From the NCBI GenBank assembly GCA_000934665.2, contig JYFJ02000715.1:124001-149596 (forward strand): a stretch of DNA of 25,596 nucleotides, in the 5' to 3' direction. Positions 1-10,227 of the stretch are shown here, piece by piece. Position 1 is the stretch's first letter. The number at the start of each line of letters is the position of its first letter. This stretch comes from Catajapyx aquilonaris (lineage: Eukaryota). The notes below the pieces were generated by a model. It was not told the DNA's origin, searched no databases, and saw nothing but the letters and a program-made list of their open reading frames with translations. The translations under genes and the position numbers were made by a program.

Positions 1-99
1 AGATAGAACGTGTAAGGCAAATTGTTATGTACATATGACAGAATTGCTCATTTAATTTATTGTGAAGGTGGGTTCATAAGATCACAAGAACTGGCCAGA
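1..99 (+). CDS. Probable upstream micro-exons (1-11 and 68-99) of the coiled-coil gene
   Basis: Donor GTAAGG at 12, 56-nt intron ending AG at 67, donor GTGAGT at 100. Only one phase is stop-free (DRT-C-GFIRSQELAR), and it joins exon 376 in frame. Confidence 0.4.
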
Positions 100-375
100 G
101 TGAGTGAACACAGGTTCTTTTTAATGTATAGATTTCCATTAATTTTTCTTGATACATTCGATCCTTGTTTTTCTTGACTTGCATGGATGTGAACACTCAT
201 GTTCTCTTTAGAAAATGACATGCAGATATGACCCAACTTATCATATAAGGTCTTATTTGTTTCATATATGGAATGATACCATAATGTATTTAAAAACCCA
301 ATCTCACATCACTACATAATTATGTGCACCCATGTATCCTTCCCTTGGTTGCCTGTAACAAGCTTCATATTTCAG

Positions 376-3300
376 TATGAGGCTGCAGCTTCAACTAGAA
401 AGAGTCAGTTGACTAAGGAAAAGGAGGAACTGACAGCGAATGTAACTAACATTCGCATGACACTGAAGCAGGAAAAGGAGAAGTATGTCAATGTCTGCTC
501 GGATGTGATTTTGTAAAAAAAAACTAACAAAAAAATGTTCCTTTATTTCAGAAATGCAGCACTAGAGCAGAAGGTTGATGCATTCAAAGCCACAGAATCA
601 GAGAAACAGAACTTTGTAGTTCAGGCTATGAAAGAGATTGAAGCCATGAGAGAGGATTTCAGGGTCACTCGTGAGGAGCTGCTAAATGCAAATGATGTTC
701 GTATTGTAACTCAGAACATAAGTAGTGGTTTAAAAGCACAACTTAAATACCCTTTTTGATATCACAGGCTATGAGGCACAACAGCATGAATCTAGAGTGC
801 CTGCCCAATGAGAATAGCCAGCTGAAAGATCGTGTAGCCAACATGAAGGAGCAGAAGAAGGAACTTAATGACCTCCAACTGAGCATGCAAGGGATTGGTG
901 AGAAGAACATGTCTCCCCTAGAAAAAGTTGCATGGATTAAGGACGTCTACTTGGAGTTTGAAGCCAGGAGGGAAAGGATTGCAATTCTCAAGGAGAAGGT
1001 TGTGAAAGCAAAGGAGGAACTTGAGGTCCTGAAGGAGAACAGGATCAAGCTAGATGACATGTTGATAGCTGCAGATGAAGAAAGGAAGAATGCTGAGAGG
1101 CAAGGTATGCACAATGCACGGTGATCTTACAGGTTTGATAATTTTGAAATTGTCAAGTCGTATGACAATACAGGGTGAATGGAAACTTGCGGACAATCGC
1201 CAGGTAGGCTGATAGTACTGGTAAAACTAATATAGGGATGTGCAATTAGTTTTTGGCACGTTACATCCGTTCCGCCAGCTTCAAAGAAGCGAAAGTGAGC
1301 TCGAGAGCCGAGAGGTGACAATATTATGCTGTTCCAGCAACCCTTTGCTGAATGTTCTTCATGCCAAAATTAGACAGTGTAAGTCAATAGTATTTTGTGT
1401 GGTTGTTTTAGCAAGGCAAATTTTGTTGGGGCTTAGGTAAAATTTGTGTGACTTTTAGTAGTAGAAATTGGGATTAAAAAAAAAAAAAGCTTAGTCAAAC
1501 GTGAATAAGCCACACAGAATGAGGAAACTTTTGTATATCAAACCAGTAGAATGGCTGAAAAGGCCACTTGTAAATGGTAAATGACACCCATCCAAATTGA
1601 GTTGAGATAATTTCTGAATTTGCTGTGGTATTGATAGTGATCAGAAACATTTTCAGGACTTAGAATCTGCAGCTGTATCAACATGTAACTTTTTATGTTA
1701 ACTCGTTAGTAACTTAACTTAAATTTGTAGGCATGGTCAATGCAGAGCTGGAGAACAAGCTGGAAGAGTTGAAGGTAACTCTCCAGGAATATGAAGAAAG
1801 TGTTGCCACTAAGGAGAAGGAAATAGAAGCCAAGGAGGAGATCAACCACAAGATGGAAACATCAGTATCCAATTACAAGATGGAACTGAGCCAATACAAA
1901 GAATTCATGAACCAGATAGAGCAGATTCTGAAGAGTAAGGATATAGAATTGGCTCAAGTCATGAAGGAAATCCAGGAACGGACTGCCACCCAGGAAGAGG
2001 TGAGGACCAAGATGACTGACTGGAAGTTGTTGTTGGAGAAGAAGGAAGAAGATATTGCTAAGGAGAGGCAACTGGTTAGTGTAATGGAGGAGGAGATTAC
2101 CAACATGAAGAGAATGCTGGAGGGTGTCAAGCACAATGAGACAGCCGCACTTGCATTGCAAGAAGTGAGGAAGAAGTTGCAAAAAAAAGAGAACAACATA
2201 ACTGCTTTGACTGCTGAATATGGTCAGGTCAAAGCAGAGGCTGACACTGTGGGAGCCGAGTTAGAAGGGATTCAAGTACAGGTGGACGAGATAGTTTCAA
2301 AGATCGCCAACCAAGCACAGACTTGCGAATCTGATATTTCTGATATTTCGAAAGATGTTGATGATTTGTGTGCCAGGATGATGGAACATGAGAATATGAT
2401 TGACATTCTGAAAGAGACTCTTGTAGAGACGAAAAAGGATACGCATTTGCACCGGTCGAAGATAAAAGGAGCTGATGCATCTGCTAAAACATTAGAAACC
2501 AAGTATGCAAGAGAGAAGACTGTCATAGAGAAAAAAATGTCTCAGACTACAGGAACTCTAGAGGAAATAAAGAAGGTAATCAATGAGCTCACCCAAGAAG
2601 TAGCCAACTTGGATAAAGCTATGGCAGAGCAAGGTGCCACAGGAAAGGTGCAAATGGATGCTCTTCAGGTAGAAGCTCAGGAGAACTGGAAAAGCATCCA
2701 GGAGGATTATAACAAGACTCATGAGCATTTAAAGAAGGAACTGGAAGCCTTCAAGACGCAGGCAGAGATCAATTCTGCCGAGGTGGAGGTATGTTATTTG
2801 CTTATTGGATTTATAATAATTTTATGAACTTGTGTGAGTAATGTTCATTAATGGTCAGTGGTTTTTATGGACTTGATGGGATTGGACCATTCAGGAAGTA
2901 ATACATGTAGGATTATAGTTCAGGTTAAGATCTGGGCTGTGTAAACAATCTCAAGTTTACATCTTGAGTTGCACATACTGAGAGTGGTTCATTTGAGGGA
3001 TAATTCAAGGGGTTAGCAACTCCCTGGAACTGGTGTACACACTGTCCAAGGAACCGGCCTGGAAACGGGTGGAACCTCCCGGTTCCAGGATCTGGTGTAC
3101 TATCAGTCCAACAAGAATTGTCGCAGCGGCAGCGCACGAACTACAATCTACGAGCACAGGTATACGAGAGAATGTAGTTCGTGCGCTGCCGCTTGCGACA
3201 ATTCTTGTTGGACACCAGGTACACTTTGGGGACTTGCTAACCCCATGGGATAATATAATAAATTATTATCATTATGGCGGGATGTGGGGGCCTCTTCCTA

Positions 3301-6300
3301 AGGATGAATTCCCATAATGATGGTCGTTATTAAACCAGTGACTCCCTGTATTTGCATATGTAGGTGACTAGTTTCACAGAGTTCACTTACTGTTAGTTGT
3401 TTACTGGCATGCACAGTCAACTCGGGATATAAGAGATATAAGCTACCCTTTGTTATAGCCAACTTATAGTGCCATGCTTACATGTAATTATGTCTTGTGT
3501 ATTTGGACCAGCCCCCCGCAACTCCTACGATACGATAGGGTACTTACAGAGTCTCTGCCAGACAGGGAAATTTGGCGCTGCTATTGCTCACTTGGACTAC
3601 TGGGTGTGATGGGCTGCCAGACTCACTAATGTCACTGTATGCGAATCTGCAGAATAGGGCTGAGGGGGCTGTCTATTGATTGTCTGGGTTGGTTCAGAAG
3701 GCGGCGACCCGAATTTTCCTGGCAGCCCGATCCCCCCAGTGAGTGACGCCAGTGCCAGCAGAGTCTCAATAAGTATACCCCTGCTGTCACTATATAGAAA
3801 GGGTGGCAGTTGCGTGGAGCTGATTTGGACAGAGGAAACCTGGGTTATAGGATACTGATTTTTGCGGTCCCTAGAAATCTCTTACATCTGGAGTCAACTG
3901 TATTGAACTTCTCAAATTTATAAAGCTTCTCGGCTCCACTTTAATTGAAGGACACTGTATAAATTGAGTAATCAGTAACACCATTGATATGCCATGTCAG
4001 ATTGTGTAACTGTTGCCATTTTTTGATTTTTCTGCTCATTGAGCAGCATTTCTTCATTGCACTTACTTTTCTGCAGAGTTGGAAGAAAGCTACGATGGAA
4101 CAGGAAGAGAAGTATAGGAAGAAGTTGAACAAGTGCATGGAAGATTCCAAGTCTGTGGAGGAAGGTTTGATCAAGGCAAAAAGAGAATATGATGCAATGG
4201 TGGAAGAAGAAAAAAGGTTGAGGGAGGATGTGGAGAAGAGCAAGGCTGCTTGTGCGGAGAAGGAAAATGAAAAGGTTAGTCATAACTGATTGACATTTTA
4301 TTGCTGACTGGTTGCAGCCTGAATATTTTTAATCACTAGCAATTGTAATCAGGCGTACACTTCAGTGAGGAGTTGCCACCCTGTGCATAAATAGATATTC
4401 AACAAATTAGGCATAAATGTTGTACTGACTGCATGTGGAAATTGAGGCTGATGTTTCATTTCGAAAACCTGCTAGATATTAAGCAATATGCCGCAATCTA
4501 GGATTTTTTAAATTAAACTAGCATGAGTTGCACAATGAAATGTCCCCATTCCAATTTGCACAAGTGACCCCCACTAGTCTAATTAGTGCACCAGTTGCCT
4601 TAGAATTTATTGGGCTTATGGTAAATTAGACATTTCTGTTAAACCACTTGAACAATGGGGAACTAGCCTTCATTTTGGAAACTACATAATAAATTCGCCC
4701 ATATTTTTTGGATTTTTTTGGCATATTCCGTTTTAAGATATCAGTTTCAGTTCCGGAGTAATTGGGGTTTTTATGTAGGCTGATGGTGACGTCACTGTCA
4801 GCCTAGAAAATGTTGACGTCACGCGAAGTGAAATGAACGCAAAAATGGTGTTATAGAACGCGCCCCGTCATTGTCGTAAAATGCTTCGCTGTTGTTAGCA
4901 ACCGTCCTATTCCGTGAGCAAGATAGCGGCCGGGGCGCGTATTTATTCCAGGCCGCTCAAGCTGCTTTGTACATAGCAGTGATGCCACCAGGTCGGAATT
5001 ATCTGTCACCCGAATTCGGCACATGAAGGCCCCCTTTCTCCACCTCGATGGCCTACAGCCGCCTTGCGAATGCTTTCCGTCGTGTCCGCGGTTAATTCAA
5101 AGTCAAATTCCTCATATCTCGCAGTCAACCAGGCATTTCAGAGTACCCTTTCGATTGGCACCACCGCGGCTGCCCCGTTTTTCCCGCCAATTTTGAAGGC
5201 ACTTTTAAATGTGCCGTAATTTATCCAGTAATGTCATTTTGATGCAACAGAGTGATGGAATGTATGTTTACAGGCATGGGCTAGCTAGTTATGAACAAAT
5301 ATCCCAAATCCCAGACCAAGGCTAGTTCCCCATTGAACAATATCAAAATAATATGCTCAAAATGTGCAGAGGAATGCAACCCCAATGAGTGTACAGTACC
5401 AGGGGTGCACTTTGGTAATTTGACGCCCTGTAAAGCTAAAATTTAGAGCCTCCCCTCCCATAAAAAACAGTTAATTTTTACAATAATTCATTTTGGTAGC
5501 CTATAGTTGTTGTTTTTTTTGCAAGATATTTGACATGTGCAAAAAAAGATTGGGATAAAAAGTCAAGTACGAGGGTTAAAAGAATGCTACTTATTGGTAT
5601 AATTAACTCAAAACTGCCAAAATTGGACTTCTGGATTTCACTTGTATGGGCCCCACGGTATCTGTGTCCAAGACATTGGAACTTCACGTTTTTTTTTTTA
5701 AATATGAAAAATTACCTTGATTTACAAAATTTGCGGTGGTGAATCAGGGAATGGTGAGTCTGACCAGATGGCAAGACCCTATAGTGACATTTCAGCAAAA
5801 CTGTGATGCCCCTCATGAAAGCTCCATCCAACTTTTACTTGCATCATTTCATAGCAAACGTAATGCATACAAGCACAGTTGTGAAAGTGTGGATCTGCCT
5901 TCCACGTCATGGGCATGTAATGCACTGATTTCGAGTCTCACTCAGAGGAGACTGTGTGTTGTAATGGCTAAATTGCCTATCTACATCAATAAGGCAAGCA
6001 CAGCATTGCCATATGGCTGTGGAATGATACGCTCGGAATGAATCTGATGAGTGTTACTACAGTTTTGTTGGAACCACTTGATTGTGACTTTGTGAGTCTG
6101 ACTAATTTAATTTAACTGGTTAGCCTAACCTTCTGAGGCCAAGAATGAATTGATTTGACATAGTATTGCCAAGCATGTGAGTGATATTATTTTCTTGCAG
6201 GTGTATGCATGTGTGTAATATTTCCTCACACAATTTGTATTATTCAGTATCATCAGTTCAAAAAGAATTGTCCCGGTCATCCTGACGTGTGTGCTGCCCG

Positions 6301-8892
6301 CTCGACACACACCATGTAACTTACATGGTATGTGTCGAGCGGCCAGCCCACACGTCAGGATGACTGGGACAATTCTTTTTGCACTGTTGGTACATCTTTG
6401 ATGGAATTTCTTATTTCCATCTGCTATTGTTGTGAAATGTTTTGTCAGTCCCTGTGCATTATTGATTGTTCGTAATTTGATTGCAGAGGGCGGAGTTGGA
6501 AAAAAAGCAGAAGTTGATCAGGGAACTGAAAGAGAAGTTGGCTGAAGTGGATGCCAAAATTGAAGGCTTAACTAATTCTATGAAACAACGTGTGGAAGCA
6601 AGTTCCTTTAATTCTGCTGCCAAAATGAACTCCCCTATGGTGCGACAGCCAACTGCTCCGATGACTGGGGCCCCATCGCATAATATGATGAGAAAAGGGA
6701 GAATCACATCTGAAGTGCCTGCCACTAACAAGTCTGTGCCTGATGTCAGGGGCATCAGTCCTGCGGTGGCCAATTCTGGCAAGGCTGCCAAAGTGGCGAG
6801 AACTGCTCTGCGACCAATTCAACCTCCAGTCTCTTTACTGTCAGCTGAAAGAAGGCCACCTTTGGGAAGCCCTAGTTCCCAGAAGAAGGTTGCAGCCAAG
6901 GTAACCTTTTATAAAATGAGACAGAAAGAGTGTGATTTATTGCCATTAGAGTTAAATATAGGGCTGTCAAAAAGACATGCGGCACAGTACTTTTGCAGTA
7001 TCGAGTTGATGCTGAGTTGCTGTTGATAGTGGCCAGTAAAGACTAATTGGAAATTTAATAACTTTGGTACTCTTCTTTATCACATGCTCACACATACCAA
7101 CAATATCTGAGAGGTCAAGCCCCAGATTAGCAGCTAAAATTTTGCCAAGTTTTATTATATTAATTTTGTAGCTAAGGGGAGACATACGATGATGCTTTTT
7201 GCACAGCCTATAGCAATCTCGGTGCACTGTTAGAGCTGGAGTAACATTGCCATTAACACTGGGGGTACATAATGCCTTCTCTCTCTCTCTCTCTCTCCAT
7301 GCAGAAGCGTCCCTTGTTCACTGAAACGTCTGAGACGATGCTGCTTGGGGATATGGACAGCTTCCCCCCAGAAGAGACTGGAGCAAGTGCAAAGCATGAT
7401 AACTCTAATAAATTGGCCAAAGGAAAGGAGGAAGGGGGCTCTGTCAGTGGGACCTGGAATTTGAGCAAGAAGCCTGAGCCACGGAAGGAGCGACCAAGTG
7501 CCAGCAAACTGTTTGATGACATGGTCAAGGTAGGTGCCTTTTTCTTTTCTAGTTGGGTACCATACGTGATGACTGTTGTGTTGTAGTGTGCATTGTATGC
7601 AGGGGGGTCGGCCAATGTGGCACTTGGTCCAATATACGAGGCTCTTCCAGAAAGTAAGTTCTGTGTTTTAATATAAAAACTACAATGAACCCCCCAGAAG
7701 TTGTATTACATACCTCTGAAAGCTTCGACTGTCTACATTTTTTCAACATAGGTTCCAGCCAAATTGAGGCATTTGTCATAGAGTTAGAGAAGATTTTGTG
7801 TCCCGGTGTCATAGAAGTTTGCCACCAGCCATTTCCCCGCTGGACTGCAATTTCTCATCATCGTCAAACCCCTTCTTTGGATGCCATTTCTTCATGCTCA
7901 TGGACAGGTGTAATTGCTAGGCTCTAAATCCCAGTGCTAAGGAGGGTGATCGAACAATTCTCACTTGAATTGTTGTGGCAGCATTCCAGTGCGCAAGGCA
8001 GTAGGTGGGCGAGCATTGTCTTGGAAGAAAGACATCCCGAGACTCAACATACTGTGACATTTTTTCACGCCAAAGGTTTGTTAGACATAACAGAAGGATG
8101 GCCGTTCAAAATAAAATAATGTGGCAGTGTCGTGTTATGTTGAGTTTTGGGGTGTTCTTCTTGTGTGACAATTCGGGCCAGCCTACTGCTTTGCGCACTG
8201 GAATGCTGACACAGCAATTCAAGTGAGAATTGTTCAATCACTCTCCTTAGAACCTAGCAATTACAACTGTCCATGTGCATGAAGAAATGGCATGCAAAGC
8301 AGGGGTTTGACGATGACGAGGAGTTGCACTCCAGCGGGGAAATGGCTGGCGGCAAACTTCTGTGACTCGGGACACAAAACCTTCTGTAACTCTATGACAA
8401 ATACCTCAATTTGGCTGGAACCTATGTTGAAAAAATGTAGACAGTTGAAAGCTTTCAGAGGTATGCAATGCAACTTCTGGTGGTCCATTGTAGTTTTTCT
8501 AATAAAAAACGGAACTTATTTTCTGGATGTACCTTGTAACAGGTTTTGCTAACTTGAACCAAATTTAAATATCGGAAAAACTGACCTTGCATGGTGTCCA
8601 AAGAAAATATGTAAAAAAATAGTTATGGAAAATGGTGGTGTTCCACCCCCCTAAAGGAGCGATGTTTCTCCCAATGGGGTAAGTAAAATAAATGATATAT
8701 AAAATGAAAACTGACCCATGGAACCTGTAGCCGTAATTTATAATGAAGTGATTCAGTGTTAATGCATATTACTAAGCCATTATTACTCTGTGTTGCATAC
8801 AGAATTCTCCGAAGCAGCCAGCAAGACAGAACAAGAAGGGCACCACTGGGACGAGGAAGCCAACTCCCAGCCTACTCAATCTGTGGCAGTAA
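376..8892 (+). CDS. Multi-exon long coiled-coil protein with basic, Ser/Pro-rich C-terminal tail (5' end lies upstream of 376; possibly SYCP1/transverse-filament-like)
   Basis: Exons 376-482, 552-696, 768-1104, 1731-2788, 4077-4274, 6487-6900, 7305-7529, 8803-8892. All are GT..AG bounded with matching phases (2,0,1,0,0,0,0), giving 2574 nt = 857 aa + TAA. About 650 aa are E/K/Q/L/M-rich heptad-like sequence, then ~200 aa of low-complexity basic tail. The last exon (NSPKQPARQNKKGTTGTRKPTPSLLNLWQ*) is absent from the ORF track. Gene structure is well supported; product identity is not. Confidence 0.85.
1169..1330 (+). mobile_element. Probable solo end of a Tc1/mariner-type element in an intron
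   Basis: TA|CAGGGTGAATGGAAACTTGCGGACAA terminus typical of Tc1/mariner TIRs; no partner TIR found; right boundary approximate. Confidence 0.3.
3095..3224. mobile_element. Hairpin MITE
   Basis: 40/41-bp arms 3106-3145 and 3173-3213 (GTCCAACAAGAATTGTCGCAGCGGCAGCGCACGAACTACA; one indel) with outer GTGTAC...GTACAC. Confidence 0.75.
3537..3782. mobile_element. Degenerate inverted-repeat element (old MITE)
   Basis: GGGTACTTACAGAGTCTCTGCC vs GCAGAGTCTCAATAAGTATACCC, and GATGGGCTGCCAG vs CTGGCAGCCCGATC, form decayed inverted arms. Confidence 0.45.
4656..5332. mobile_element. Non-autonomous DNA transposon with TIRs and target-site duplication
   Basis: TIR TGGGGAACTAGCCTT ... AAGGCTAGTTCCCCA flanked by direct TTGAACAA (4648-4655, 5333-5340). 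CpG-rich interior unlike the host intron; internal palindrome with TGACGTCA core. Confidence 0.8.
6247..6393. mobile_element. Hairpin MITE sharing termini with the 3095-3224 element
   Basis: ~73-bp near-perfect arms centred at 6320 (AAAAAGAATTGTCCCGGTCATCCTGACGTGTG...ACCATGTAA C TTACATGGT...CACACGTCAGGATGACTGGGACAATTCTTTTT). Confidence 0.8.
7278..7297 (+). repeat. (TC)n microsatellite acting as polypyrimidine tract of the exon at 7305
   Basis: About 10 TC units immediately before CATGCAG|AAG. Confidence 0.8.
7637..8536. mobile_element. Mariner-derived 900-bp fold-back element made of two inverted 3' ends with decayed transposase C-terminus
   Basis: TA|CGAGGCTCTTCCAGAAAGTAAGTTC ... GAACTTATTTTCTGGATGTACCTTG|TA; ~400-bp arms. 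Each arm translates to mariner remnants (FFQDNARPPTALRT...FK*ELFDHPP..DLEPSNY...MKKW...FDDDE...FYD.G...YDKCLNLAGTYVEK), matching HDNARPH / HPPYSPDLAPSDY / KC...G.YVEK. Confidence 0.92.
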
Positions 8893-9368
8893 TGTCATCT
8901 ATGTGGTCCAGGAAGGTTTCCTTGTGGCACTCCTTTTTGTGGAGGAGCCACGAGCCTGTCTCAGTTTTTCTTTTTTTTAGTACTTTGATTGCAACAGTTA
9001 ATGCGATTTTATTGTCCTTGTGTTCATTGTGTTGGGCGCCATCTATGTTGTTATGGTAGTCCCCAGATATTTATTTGGTTATTTCCTCTTAATTTTAACA
9101 GTTGTTAGCTTTTGCAAGAGTTTGGACACCTCCCGAGGATTTGGGTACATCCCACATGTTGTCATTTAACATATTGTACATAAATTTAAGCTCCATATTT
9201 TGTGCTCAAGCTAGTCAGTTACCAGTCAAGTTCAAAGAAAATGACAGTTTCATTTTCATAGATTTAAGCAAAGTAATTATTCAGGTACTTGTGTCAAATG
9301 AACTTCCTTCTCTAGACCCAAAGTATTAATTTATTGTTGGTCGACAAACGGACTGTATTTTTGTAAGG

Positions 9369-9374
9369 AATAAA
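9369..9374 (+). terminator. Candidate polyadenylation signal of the coiled-coil gene
   Basis: AATAAA ~480 nt after the stop codon, following an AT-rich putative 3' UTR. Confidence 0.5.
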
Positions 9375-10227
9375 ATGTCGCAGTTTCACCCCAGCCTTTT
9401 GGACACCTTTCCAAACACATGGACGAATGGTACTGAATGCAGGTGGTAATGAAAGGGGGAGCGGGGTTATTAGGATGGACGATGAAGGTCGTGCTCTTTC
9501 ACGGCAAGAGTTGTAATGCATGAGAATAGTTTTTAAGAAGTCATTATTCAAAGGTGAGTGTACAAATGATTACGGACAAGATCCAGGCTGACTTGTGAGC
9601 CTCTCTGTGAGCTCAGTTGTCAGACAACTTGGTTCCACTCCGAAGGACACAAATTAATCCAACTCCTCCTTCCCCAGGGTTCCCAGGATTGAGTGGCCAC
9701 AAAACAAGTGTGCATTTAAAAATGGGGTAGCACACATTGGGACAACCCATCACATGTTCATGCACTGGGCCCCATTTGAATTGAAGTGCACTTGTTGCAT
9801 ATGTACAGTCTGAGCATAAAGTTGGAGACGGCAGGCCAACCTAATTTCCGTAGTGAGAGAGTGCATATTGGGAGACTAAACTGCTATTGCTGGTTGGTGG
9901 TACTGGTGAATGCCTTCCTGGTTGCGATGGTGCCAGAGTGACTCCAAGCTGATCTTGCTCATGAGGTTGCAGCGCAGGAAGTGTTGGGTGGGCCTGCAGG
10001 TGATTTGGTAAGCAACACTTTCATGTCCTGGGTCATCCATACAACCTAATATTGTTTACTTGTCTCCCTGTCAAGCTGTACATGGCAGAATAGAAGGATA
10101 AAATAATAATGGAGACATGCCAGCAATGGTTCACAACCAATTAATTTAATAACGAGAGCACTAACAGCAAAGGGCATTGCTCGAGACATTGCACATTGAT
10201 ATAATGGGTGAAGCAAAATAATGTTGC

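Noticed and set aside
1862..2526. Minus-strand ORFs over the large coiled-coil exon (also 3941-4283, 6459-6822, 7253-7615)
   Set aside because: Antisense shadows of biased coding exons; no independent splice or homology support.
5399..5785. Possible hAT-like element starting CAGGGGTGC
   Set aside because: No convincing matching TIR or TSD found.
7549..8552. Pairs of similar ORFs on opposite strands suggesting duplicated small genes
   Set aside because: They result from the mariner inverted arms, mostly in non-transposase frames.
8756..9059. Track ORFs 8756-8980 and 8790-9059 as the last exon
   Set aside because: The phase-0 donor at 7530 requires the third frame (8803-8892).
9876..10040. 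54-aa minus-strand ORF with SLESLWHHRN, faintly like LINE reverse-transcriptase C-termini
   Set aside because: Too short and weak to call without a profile search.
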